Positions 28,437-37,679 are shown, counted from the stretch's first letter. The stretch is DNA of 64,000 nt from Chloroflexia bacterium SDU3-3 (GCA_009268125.1 WBOU01000004.1:148494-212493), one strand, 5' to 3'. Notes: generated from the letters alone by a model not told the origin. Numbers and translations are program-made.

Positions 28437-30816
28437 CTAACGCACAATCTCACTCCCTAGCAGGCCCAGCTGCACCCGGTAGGGCGGCTGGTTCTCGGGG
28501 TGCAGCTCGAAGCGGGCGCGCTCGAACCACTGCACGGTGCGGCGCTGGCCGTCGGCCATGGACTCCTCGTGGGCCGGGCCGAGCGGCAGGCCGAACAGGG
28601 CCAGGCTCTCGGCCTCGCTGGGGCCTGCCTGCCCATCCAGCTCTAGCCCGCTGGCGCGCCAGGCCGCCAGGATCTCGCCGCAGACGTTCTGGCCGGTCTC
28701 GCGGAAGAAGCGGCAGCCGCTGGCCGCGCTGGTGCTGGGGAACTCGGACTGCCAGTCGCGGCCCAGCTGGGCCAGGCGGTCGGCCCCCAGCCTGCCCAGC
28801 AGCACATCGTAGGGGCGGGCGTTCTCGGGGTGCAGCTCCAGGCGGTTGCGCTCGAAGCGCTGCACCTGAAGCGTGGCCCCCTCCACCACCTCGGCCTGCT
28901 GCGGGCCGATGGGCAGGCCAAACACCGGCAGGCCGCCGTTCTGCTCCCAGAACTCGCGGATGCGCCCGCCAATGCAGAAGCCGGTCTCATCAAAGCAGCG
29001 CTGCTGCGGATCGGCCTGGGGCGCGGCGGTGGGCTGGGGCGCGGCGGGCTGGGCCGGGCTGCCGCCGCCCTGGTGAGCCAGCAGGATGGGCGACGGCCCC
29101 AGGCTGAGCGTGAACTGGCCGCCGCTGGCGCTGATGCTGCGCTGCGTGCCATCCGGCGCGGTGATCGTGCCGCTGGCCGAGCTGGTGGGCAGCGAGATCT
29201 GGGCCTCGCCTGGTGCCCAGAGCACATCTACCACCCCGCCGCCCACACCGAAGCGCGCGCCGTAGGCGTCGGCCCCGCTCACCGCCGTCAGATCATCCAG
29301 GTAGATCGCGCCGCTGCCCGAGGACTTGTCCGGCTCATCATCCAGCACGATCGCGGTGAGCGTGGCGGGCAGATCCAGCCGCAGGTTACCGCCGCCGCTG
29401 ATCCGGTTGTAGCGCTCCACCGCGCCGCCGACGCTGGCCGAGAGGAACTGCCAGCCCACGCCCACGAAGCCCAGCCGGTACTGCAGCACCTCGCCCTGGG
29501 CATCGCGCAGCCACACCTTCAGGGCGTGGCCGCTGCCGTCGCCGTACACCCAAAAACCCACCTGGCTGGGCGAGCCGATGTCGATCGGGTCGGCGGCGGT
29601 GAACACTACGTAGTCGTTGCCCGCGCTGGGGAAGCTGTAGCGCAGCTCGCCGGATGCGCCGCCGCTGTGGGCCTGGGCCGCGCTGGCCGCGAAGGTGCCG
29701 TTCGGCTGGTTGCCGCGCTTCCAGGTGCCGAAGCGCTCGGCATCCCACACCACGCGGCGCTGGCCGAAGTCGAGCATGCCCTGGGGCGCGGCGCTGCCAA
29801 GCTGGCTGGCCATGGTGCGCAGCGCGCTGAAGGCGGGCTTGGGGTCGGCGTAGCTGGTGGTGCTGCCCGCGTAGCGCAGCAGGCCCAGCCCCTCGGATGC
29901 GCTCAGATCCTTCAGCGTGTACCAGAACAGCTTCTCCACCCCGGCCTCGCGCAGCAGGGCCATGGCCCGCACCAGGTAGCTGGCCTGGGTCTGCTCATCC
30001 ACGCGGTTGCCCTTGCGGTCGCCCGCGCCGGTGGACCAGCCAAACTCGGTGGCCCAGATCGGCTTCGCGCCCAGCTTGTCGGCCAGCACCTTCACCTGGC
30101 CCACCCCGGCGGCGGCGATCTGGCCATCCTCGGGGCTGCGCGGGTCCACATAGGGGTGGATGGCCAGGATGTCGAACGCGCCCCACGCGCCGTTGTCCGC
30201 GATCGCCTTGAGAAAGCTGGTGGCCGGCTCGGGCGAGACGATGCCCGCCGAGAGCACCAGCGCGCTGGGGTCGGCCTGCTTCACGGCGGCGTACCCCGCC
30301 TTCAGCAGCGCGGCGTAGGCCGCTGGGTCGGGCGCGGGCGACCAGTAGGCGGCGTTGTCCGGCTCGTTCCAGATCTGCCAGTGGTGCACGCGATCCTTGT
30401 AGCGCGCCACCACCGCGCCCACGAACTCGGCGTAGGCTGCCGGGGTGGGCGGCGCGAACCCGCCGCGCCCGCTGGCCGATGCCCACGCGGGCGTGGGGCC
30501 GTTCAGCAGGCCCACGATCTGCACGCCGCGCTGGCTCAGATGGTTCACCCCAGCGTCGAAGAACGACCAGTCGTACGCGCCCTTGCGCGGCGCGATCCGG
30601 CTAAACTGAAAATCCTCGCGCGCCCAGCCGACCTGGAGCTGGGCCACCGCATCGGCGGCCTTGCCCATGCCCGATACGCCAGGGTAGCGGCTGGAGATAT
30701 GGCTGTTGATGCCAAACGCCGAACTGGCGGGCGCGGCGGCGGGCGCGGCCTGCGCCCCCGCCAGCGGCAGCAGCGCCAGCAGCAGTAGCATAACGATAGG
30801 CAGCTTTTGTGTCACT
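28437..30816 (-). CDS. secreted GH5-type (clan GH-A) glycoside hydrolase with a beta-sandwich module and two C-terminal LGFP-like repeats
   Basis: Signal peptide (KLPIVMLLLLALLPLAGAQA). Catalytic NEP (WQIWNEPDN) and TEFGW motifs. Two about 90-aa C-terminal repeats (GGLPVFGLPIGP...QVQRFERNRLELHPEN / LFGLPLGP...QWFERARFELHPEN). Start assigned to GTG 30816. Confidence 0.65.
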
Positions 30817-30992
30817 CTGTCTCCCCTATGATATAGACCAAGCACGCCGCTATTGTACATGTGAATCGCTGGAACCTCGCGCACCACAGCGCGTATATAT
30901 CTCCAGAGCGCCCGACACGGCGCATCTCTAGCGGCGAGAGACACCGGCCAGTTTGGCGCGGCGCGCAGCAGGTATCAAGAAAGGATACCACC

Positions 30993-33008
30993 ATGGGGGC
31001 AATGCTCCTCCTCAACATGATCGGCATCTTCATCATCGTTATCGCGGTGCTCTGGATCTTCTTCCAGTTCGTCCGCTTCATCCCGAACAACCGCATCGGC
31101 ATCGTCGAGAAGCGCTTCGGCGGCAAGTCGGTCAAGAGCGGCCTGATCGCGCTGAACCACGAGGCGGGCTTCCAGCCCAACGTGCTGCGCGGCGGCATCC
31201 ACTTCTTCACGCCGTTCCAGTACAACCTGCACATCGTGCCGCTGGTCACCATCCCGCAGGGCAAGATCGGCTACGTGTTCGCCCGCGACGGCCAAGCCCT
31301 GGCCCCGGCGCAGACCCTGGCCTCGAACGTGGCGGCCAACGACTTCCAGGATGTGGCCAGCTTCCTGCGCAGCGGCGGCCAGCGCGGCCCGCAGCGCCAG
31401 ATCCTGCGCGAGGGCACCTACGCCATCAACCTCGCCCAGTTCATGGTGATCACCGAGGAGCGTGTCTACTACCTGCCGCTCAGCCGCGACGAGGACGCCA
31501 TGATCAAGCGCATGGCCGAGGTGATCAGCGACCGCGACGGCTTCGAGCCGGTGGTGATCAAGGATACCGACGACGCGGTGGGCATCGTGACGGTGCACGA
31601 CGGCCCCTCGCTGGGCGAGGGCGAGATCATCGCCCCGCTGGTGGGCAACGAGCCAAGTACACCCGAGACCTACCACAACAGCTTCCAGGACCCCGAGAAG
31701 TTCCTGGCGGCGGGCGGCCAGCGCGGTCGCCAGTACCAGGTGCTGGTCGAGGGCACCTACTACATCAACCGCCTGTTCGCCACCGTCGAGCTGATCGACA
31801 AGACCGTGATCGAGGTGGGCTACGCCGGTGTGGTCATCTCCTACGCAGGCGAGATAGGGGCCGACCTCTCGGGCGAGGACTACACCCACGGCGAGCTGGT
31901 GAGCCGTGGCAGCCGTGGCGTGTGGAGCACCCCGCTGATGCCCGGCAAGTACGCCTTCAACACCTACGCCGGCCAGGTGGTGCCGGTGCCCACCACCAAT
32001 ATCATCCTGAAGTGGAGCCGCAGCGAGATCGGCGCGCACAAGCTAGATGAGAACCTGTCGGAGATCTCGCTGATCACCAAGGACGCCTTCGAGCCGTCGC
32101 TGCCGCTCTCGGTGGTGGTGCACATCGACTACCGCAAGGCCCCGCTGGTCATCCAGCGCTTCGGCGATGTGAAGCGGCTGGTCGAGCAGACACTCGACCC
32201 CATGGTGGCGGCCTACTTCAAGAATATCGGCCAGACCCGCACGCTCATCCAGCTGCTCCAGGAGCGCAGCGTCATCCAGTCGCTGGCCAGCGAGCAGATG
32301 CGCGAGAAGTTCGTCAACTACAACCTGGAGCTGGAGGAGGTGCTGATCGGCACGCCGTCATCCGGCAAGGGCGACACCAAGATCGAGGACATCCTGACCC
32401 AGCTGCGCGCCCGCCAGATCGCCGAGGAGCAGATCGAGACCTACGCGCGGCAGGAGAAGGCGGCGGTGAAGGAGCGCGAGCTGCGCGAGGCCGAGGCCCG
32501 CGCCAAGCAGCAGGCCGTGCTCACCCAGTCCGAGCTGTCGATCACCGTGCAGTCGAACGAGGGCAAGGCCGAGTACCAGCGCGCCCTGCAGCAGGCCGCC
32601 CAGATCCGCGCCCTGGCCGAGGCCGAGGCCGAGAAGACCGCCCGCATCGGCGTGGCCGAGGCGATCGCCATCGAGGAGAAGGTGCGCGCCTACGGCGGCC
32701 CGCAGTTCCAGGTGACGCAGCAGGTGATGACCCGCTTCGCGGATGCGATCGAGGCCGCCAAGGTCAACATCGTGCCACAGGTGGTGGTGGGCGGCGGCAG
32801 CGAGGGCGGCAGCAGCAGCCAGAACCTGATGGAGGGCCTGCTGGCCACGCTGCTGTCGGAGAAGCTGGGAGTGCCGATCAATGCGGTAGCCGATGCCAAG
32901 CCCGAGGTGTCGGCCATGCGCGAGCAGATCCTGCGCCAGCTCTCGTCGGAGCTGCCCAAGGCGGGCCAGCCGCCGGTGGCCCCGCCGCAGCCCAACGGCA
33001 GCAAGTAG
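30993..33008 (+). CDS. flotillin-like SPFH/band-7 protein
   Basis: N-terminal TM helix, SPFH domain, long Ala/Glu/Gln-rich coiled-coil (EAEARAKQQAVLTQSELS...). ATG 30993 with RBS. Confidence 0.8.
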   Translation: MGAMLLLNMIGIFIIVIAVLWIFFQFVRFIPNNRIGIVEKRFGGKSVKSGLIALNHEAGFQPNVLRGGIHFFTPFQYNLHIVPLVTIPQGKIGYVFARDGQALAPAQTLASNVAANDFQDVASFLRSGGQRGPQRQILREGTYAINLAQFMVITEERVYYLPLSRDEDAMIKRMAEVISDRDGFEPVVIKDTDDAVGIVTVHDGPSLGEGEIIAPLVGNEPSTPETYHNSFQDPEKFLAAGGQRGRQYQVLVEGTYYINRLFATVELIDKTVIEVGYAGVVISYAGEIGADLSGEDYTHGELVSRGSRGVWSTPLMPGKYAFNTYAGQVVPVPTTNIILKWSRSEIGAHKLDENLSEISLITKDAFEPSLPLSVVVHIDYRKAPLVIQRFGDVKRLVEQTLDPMVAAYFKNIGQTRTLIQLLQERSVIQSLASEQMREKFVNYNLELEEVLIGTPSSGKGDTKIEDILTQLRARQIAEEQIETYARQEKAAVKERELREAEARAKQQAVLTQSELSITVQSNEGKAEYQRALQQAAQIRALAEAEAEKTARIGVAEAIAIEEKVRAYGGPQFQVTQQVMTRFADAIEAAKVNIVPQVVVGGGSEGGSSSQNLMEGLLATLLSEKLGVPINAVADAKPEVSAMREQILRQLSSELPKAGQPPVAPPQPNGSK

Positions 33009-33035
33009 CCCCGACGCGGCATCGCCGCACAAACA

Positions 33036-33080
33036 CGACAAAGGCCCCAGGCAGTGCGCCTGGGGCCTTTGTCGTGTTTT
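33036..33080 (+). terminator. rho-independent terminator after the flotillin gene
   Basis: acaaaggcccca-ggcagtgcgcc-tggggcctttgt followed by cgtgtttt. Confidence 0.6.
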
Positions 33081-33336
33081 GGATGTGTTACATAGCTGTT
33101 ACATGACCTTGATGTCGCTGTGAGGATGCCATGGTATACAGGCATGTATCACCACACAAGACGATCAGGAGGAGATTATGGCACCTGTTCAAGCTAGCCG
33201 AACGCCCGCGTTCATAGAAATAGCCTCAGGAAACCCCCGCTCTTTAGGCGGGGGAGGAATGAGGCTTTACCCACATTCCTCGCTTGTACAAGGTTCCAGC
33301 GTCGCCGCATTCAGCGGCGCGGGCATCCGACGTTCA

Positions 33337-33753
33337 CTAAAGTTTCTGGCACTCTAGGATGTACCGCTTAATCACCGATGCACTCACGTGCCCTGCGGTG
33401 CCGACGTCATAAGAAGGTGCCCACAACGTGCCAACTTTCCAGATATGGCGGTCAATCTCTGTAGGGAACTCTTGCCGCAAAACACGCGACGTTGTTCCCT
33501 TAAAGAGTTGGGCCAGTTGCGCAGGACTGAACTTTGGCGGCGCGGAAACGAATAGGTGAATGTGATCCGGCATGACTTCCTGTGCGACCACTTCAATCCC
33601 CCATCGCTCCGCAATCTCACCGAGAAGCCCTTGCAATCGTTCCTGAATCTTGCCAACAAGCACCGGACAGCGGTACTTCGGGCACCACACCAGGTGGTAG
33701 TTGATGTGGTACCGTGCTCCCGGCGTTGATTTGACATGCGTAACTTCCATCAC
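33337..33753 (-). CDS. tnpA: IS200/IS605-family transposase TnpA (Y1 HUH)
   Basis: 138 aa. HUH motif (PDHIHLFVSAPP) and a catalytic-Tyr region (SYDVGTAGHVSASVIKRYI). GTG start overlaps the upstream ORF's TGA. Confidence 0.85.
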   Translation of the reverse strand: MMEVTHVKSTPGARYHINYHLVWCPKYRCPVLVGKIQERLQGLLGEIAERWGIEVVAQEVMPDHIHLFVSAPPKFSPAQLAQLFKGTTSRVLRQEFPTEIDRHIWKVGTLWAPSYDVGTAGHVSASVIKRYILECQKL

Positions 33754-34304
33754 GCTGCAACCCGAACGGCTGGCAAGCCAGCGAGTACCCGCGCTCGTGC
33801 GTGGGCGATGCGGGGAGCAAGACTGGCGAGGCTTGGCGCTTGGGTGAGTGCTTCCAGATCCTCGTCACCTTCGATGTACGCTCGAACGAACGCAACGCCG
33901 ATATGACCCGCAAACCGTCCTACCTCAGTCAAGTCAACCTCAACATCGCTAGCTTTGAACGTTACACCATCAATTTCGTGATCAGGGCCTGTCCACCGCT
34001 CTACCTCTACAGGTTGCGATGTATCGCGACCAATCAAGCGGCGAATGTCAGGATGTTCAAGCAGGTAAGACAGGGCGCGCAACTCGGCAATACCGGAAGC
34101 CTTGAAATCAGCCGTTCGGTCAAGTGCATCAAGATAGCCAACCCAGCCATCTTCCGAGTCGTCAAACAGGGCCAGCTTGACCTTGCCACACACATAAGCG
34201 GTGCATTCCCGTTCGTCGTTGTGTTCGGTGGTAACTACATCCTCAGGAATGGTAGCGGGGGCTTCCTGATTGACTGCCGCCTCGCTGTGTGCGTTCTCAA
34301 GCAA
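33750..34304 (-). CDS. unknown acidic protein (ORF-X), coupled to tnpA; possibly part of a longer 232-aa ORF interrupted by an in-frame TAG
   Basis: 184 aa with no internal Met and a weak TTG start without RBS. The same frame continues upstream past one TAG (34311-34313) into a 45-aa ORF with ATG near 34449 and RBS GGAAGGA. The TGA stop overlaps the tnpA GTG (GTGA). Confidence 0.45.
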   Translation of the reverse strand: MLENAHSEAAVNQEAPATIPEDVVTTEHNDERECTAYVCGKVKLALFDDSEDGWVGYLDALDRTADFKASGIAELRALSYLLEHPDIRRLIGRDTSQPVEVERWTGPDHEIDGVTFKASDVEVDLTEVGRFAGHIGVAFVRAYIEGDEDLEALTQAPSLASLAPRIAHARARVLAGLPAVRVAA

Positions 34305-34550
34305 TTTGTACTACTCGGCGTTGCAGAGCGTTTCACCTTCGCCGTAAGGAGAGCGGCTGCCAAGATAGTTCTCGGTGCCATTGGCAAAGATGAGATAGCA
34401 GTTGTCGTCGCGGGTGATTCGGTCGTAGCGGATTGACTTTGTGGTAGAATCGGCTTGCATTGGAACTCGTCCTTCCAGTGTAGTGGCCTCGTGGGTGGTA
34501 CGAACACCTGCGGGGCCGCGCTTCGTTTCTGTGCCTGTATTATAGCACAG

Positions 34551-34604
34551 TGTACCTACATTATATATACATGTATTGCAATATAGGTACATATGTGATA
34601 TACT
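34551..34604 (+). promoter_or_regulatory. nested 41-bp palindromic operator overlapping a sigma70-like promoter for the HTH-tnpB transcript
   Basis: TGTACCTA...TACATGTA...TAGGTACA, symmetric about 34571/72. -35 TTGCAA (34576-81), 17-bp spacer, -10 TATACT (34599-604). Confidence 0.45.
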
Positions 34605-34650
34605 GCGTACAGTTACGATATACTCTTGCACAGGGGAAGGAGCAAACAGC

Positions 34651-34908
34651 ATGCAAGGGTTTCCTATGCCTATTCGAAGTCGCGTAAAGGTACTTCTAGC
34701 GGAACGCAACTTAGATCGAACACGTTCAGGCGAGGAGTTGATTAGCGTCCGTCGGTTGTCTCGTGAGACAGGGATTACCCACTCGGCGCTCGTGAAGCTC
34801 GTAAACAACCAAAGCGAACGTGTAGACTTTGAGACGCTTGATAAACTCATGCGTTTTTTCGAGACGACGGACATTCGCGATATTCTGGAGTACACCCCCG
34901 CCGAATGA
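34651..34908 (+). CDS. small XRE/Cro-type helix-turn-helix protein, translationally coupled to tnpB
   Basis: 85 aa: MQGFPMPIRSRVKVLLAERNLDRTRSGEELISVRRLSRETGITHSALVKLVNNQSERVDFETLDKLMRFF.... RBS GAAGGAG 7 nt upstream. Its TGA overlaps the tnpB ATG (ATGA). Confidence 0.65.
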   Translation: MQGFPMPIRSRVKVLLAERNLDRTRSGEELISVRRLSRETGITHSALVKLVNNQSERVDFETLDKLMRFFETTDIRDILEYTPAE

Positions 34909-36020
34909 AGCTCACCGCTCAAATCCAGCTTCGCCCCACACCCGCGCAAGCCGATGCCCTCAGGCGCACGCTTGAAACGGCAAACGCCGCGTGCAACGCA
35001 ATGAGCGCAACGGCGTGGGAAACGGGTACGTTCGGGCAATTCGCTTTGCACAAGCTGTGCTATGCCGATACACGGGCCGCATTCGGTCTGTCGGCGCAAG
35101 TGACGGTGCGCTGCATTGCGAAAGTTGCCGATGCCTACAAGCTGGATAAGAAGGCGCAGCGCACGTTTGCACTGCTTGGTGCCGTGGCCTATGACGCGCG
35201 CATCCTGTCGTTTAATCTCGCCGGTTCCTCGGTCTCCATCTGGACAATGGATGGGCGTCAGGCTATCCCCTTCGTGTGTGGCGAACGCCAGCGGGCGATG
35301 CTTGAACACCAGAAGGGTGAAAGCGATCTGGTGTTCAAGCGCGGTAAGTGGTACTTGCTTGTTACCTGCGAGGCAGTGCCAGCGGGAACAGAATGCGCGT
35401 CGGGCGTGTTGGGCGTTGCTCTTGGTGTGACGAACATTGCCACCGATAGCGACGGCACCATCTACAGCGGCAAGGCTATCAAGAACGTGCGTTATCGCCA
35501 TCGGCGGTTGCGTGGCAAACTCCAAAAGAAGGGCACCAAAAGCGCACGGCGACGGCTTCAAGCCCTGTCGGGTAAGGAATATCGGTTCGCACGGCACGTA
35601 AACCATGTCCTCAGTAAGCAGCTTGTGGCGACGGCCAAACGCACGAAGCGGGCGATTGCGTTGGAAGATTTGACGCATATTCGCACGCGGGTTAGGGCTA
35701 GACGGTCGCAGCACGCCACGCTGCACAGTTGGGCATTCGCACAACTGCGGGCGTTTGTCACCTATAAGGCGCAATTGGCGGGTGTGACCGTCCATTTTGT
35801 CGACCCTCGGAATACATCGCGGGAATGCCCGAACGGTGGACATACCGCGAAAGAGAACCGGAAAACACAAGCCTCGTTTGTTTGCACATCGTGCGGGTTC
35901 GCTGGCCTCGCAGATGTGATCGCGGCAGGAAACATTTCCCGCCGGGCGGCTGTAAACCCGCCACACGGCTCGCGAGACGGTACTCCTACCGGGCTGGCAG
36001 GGCCAAAGCCTGCGGCTTAA
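34905..36020 (+). CDS. tnpB: TnpB (IS605 OrfB family; RuvC-like RNA-guided nuclease), catalytic residues intact
   Basis: 371 aa. RuvC-I (GVALGVTNIATDSDG), RuvC-II (AIALEDLTHIR), zinc finger (CPNGGH...CTSCGF), RuvC-III (GLADVIAAGNI). Confidence 0.85.
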   Translation: MKLTAQIQLRPTPAQADALRRTLETANAACNAMSATAWETGTFGQFALHKLCYADTRAAFGLSAQVTVRCIAKVADAYKLDKKAQRTFALLGAVAYDARILSFNLAGSSVSIWTMDGRQAIPFVCGERQRAMLEHQKGESDLVFKRGKWYLLVTCEAVPAGTECASGVLGVALGVTNIATDSDGTIYSGKAIKNVRYRHRRLRGKLQKKGTKSARRRLQALSGKEYRFARHVNHVLSKQLVATAKRTKRAIALEDLTHIRTRVRARRSQHATLHSWAFAQLRAFVTYKAQLAGVTVHFVDPRNTSRECPNGGHTAKENRKTQASFVCTSCGFAGLADVIAAGNISRRAAVNPPHGSRDGTPTGLAGPKPAA

Positions 36021-36400
36021 GCCGTGGGTTGTTTACTGCATTCAGTAGCTCGCTGGCTGCCTTTATCTTGGAGTGCGCGATTGTACCAGCCGCCCATCTC
36101 CTGCCAGAAAAAGCTGGATTCTATGCCTTTTCATGGAGCATCGCGCTAACGTTGATCCTCGCATCTGTGGGGGTTTTCCTTGGAGATGTGAGCTATAGAC
36201 AGTCGCAGAACAGATATTCACTGCTTGGGATGATTGGGGGTATGCTTGTGTTGATTCTGTTTCTTATCGGTATGTTCGCACTGATGCAGCCGCAAGCAGT
36301 TTCGCTGGATTGTGTGAGGGCCAGCCCGCTCAACAGATGTCACTTTTGAGCCTTTTGTGCGCCATCCCCGAGCACGGTACTTCTTGATGGGTGGGTGGGT

Positions 36401-36565
36401 GCCCTGCGCGGGCGGCGCCTAGGGGCTAGCCCCTAGGAACCCCACGAGGGGGCGTTGCCCCCTTCGATCTCCCAATTTTGGGCGTTCCCGTGCGGTCCGC
36501 AAGCGGCTGGTGTTCGTGCATATGGCCAGTTTGCCGTCGCGGCACCTTCGCCGCATGGGAAGGGT
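36401..36565. repeat. about 165-bp repeat, copy 2; paralog of 24491-24655
   Basis: See copy 1. Lies about 380 bp downstream of the tnpB stop, outside the inferred right-end hairpin. Confidence 0.8.
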
Positions 36566-36716
36566 GAGATGCCGCGCCTCGATTATTGCCCATGCGGTTG
36601 AGATTGAGCTTTCGCACCCGCAATGCGGTGGGCAGGGTTTGGCACGATAGCTTGTGATATCTACTCTACCAGCCCAGATATATACTTTCCCTGTAGTGAC
36701 ACAAAACGACCGCTAT

Positions 36717-37679
36717 CTAATAGCGCGCCACCACATCCACCACCACCTGCGCCGCCAGCGCATCGATCACAGCCGAGGCGCTCAGGCCCGCGCCCAGCTT
36801 GCTGATCGCATCCACCGAGAACGCCGTGGACAGCCGCGCCACCTCGGGTAGGGGCAGCCCGCGCAGGTGGCCCGCCACGATCCCCGCCACCATCGCGTCG
36901 CCAGCGCCCACCGTGCTCACCACCGCCACCTCGGGCGGCGCGGCGCGCACCGCCTCGTGCGCGGTGACGAACAGCGCACCATCCGGCCCCAGCGAGACCA
37001 CCACCAGATCATCCTCGCCCACGATCAGCTCGTGCGCGGCGGCCAGGATGGCCTCCTCGGTGGCCAGCATCCTGCCGAGCAGCTCCTCCAGCTCCTGGAT
37101 GTTGGGCTTGATCACCGAGGGCCGGGCCGCCAGCGCGTGGCGCAGCGGCGGGCCGCTGGTGTCCAACACCACGCGGCAGCCGCGCGACTTCAGCACGCGG
37201 ATGAGGTCGCGGTAGATGCCCGCATCCACCCCCGGCGGCAGGCTGCCCGAGAGCACCGCCCAGGGCGCGTGGATCTGGCCCAGCGCGGCCAGCAGCGCCT
37301 CGGCGTCGGCGGGGCTGGGCGCGGCACCGGGGAAGTTGATGTCGGTGGTGGCGCTCATGGCCGGGTCGATGATCTTGATGCCCACGCGGGTCTGGCCATC
37401 GATGCGCACAAAGGCATCGTGGATGCGCTTCTGGGCAAACATCTGCTCGAAGGATGCCGCGTTCTCGCGGCCCAGAAAGCCGGTGACGGAGACCGTATGG
37501 CCGGCATCCGCCAGCGCGGCGGCCACATTCACGCCCTTGCCGCCGGGGTGGTCGTGCACCGACTCGGCGCGGTTGACGCGGCCAGCGGTGAAGCTGTGGA
37601 TCTCCACCGTGCGGTCGATCGCGGGGTTCAGCGTGACGGTGACAACATCGCACGCATGCGGCAAAACGGGATCACTCAT
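36717..37679 (-). CDS. fruK: 1-phosphofructokinase (PfkB family)
   Basis: 320 aa. Ribokinase-like motifs VVLDTSGPPL and VGAGDAMVAGIV. Last gene of the fructose PTS operon. Confidence 0.75.
   Translation of the reverse strand: MSDPVLPHACDVVTVTLNPAIDRTVEIHSFTAGRVNRAESVHDHPGGKGVNVAAALADAGHTVSVTGFLGRENAASFEQMFAQKRIHDAFVRIDGQTRVGIKIIDPAMSATTDINFPGAAPSPADAEALLAALGQIHAPWAVLSGSLPPGVDAGIYRDLIRVLKSRGCRVVLDTSGPPLRHALAARPSVIKPNIQELEELLGRMLATEEAILAAAHELIVGEDDLVVVSLGPDGALFVTAHEAVRAAPPEVAVVSTVGAGDAMVAGIVAGHLRGLPLPEVARLSTAFSVDAISKLGAGLSASAVIDALAAQVVVDVVARY

Larger units (their letters stand above)
33225..36075. mobile_element. IS200/IS605-family element with divergent tnpA and tnpB plus two coupled accessory ORFs; boundaries approximate
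   Basis: Y1 TnpA and an intact TnpB. Subterminal hairpins near both ends share the loop 8-mer GCATTCAG (33308-33315 and 36038-36045). The divergent promoter region is AT-rich. Confidence 0.7.

Noticed and set aside
34311-35966. 551-aa ORF on the minus strand
   Set aside because: It is antisense to tnpB and to the HTH gene. Only its last 45 codons (34314-34449) are plausibly translated, as the part in frame with ORF-X; the rest is a GC-rich shadow frame.
36235-36351. Small two-TM peptide gene downstream of tnpB
   Set aside because: No start codon with an RBS in frame. Kept only as a finding about a low-GC remnant, not as a feature.
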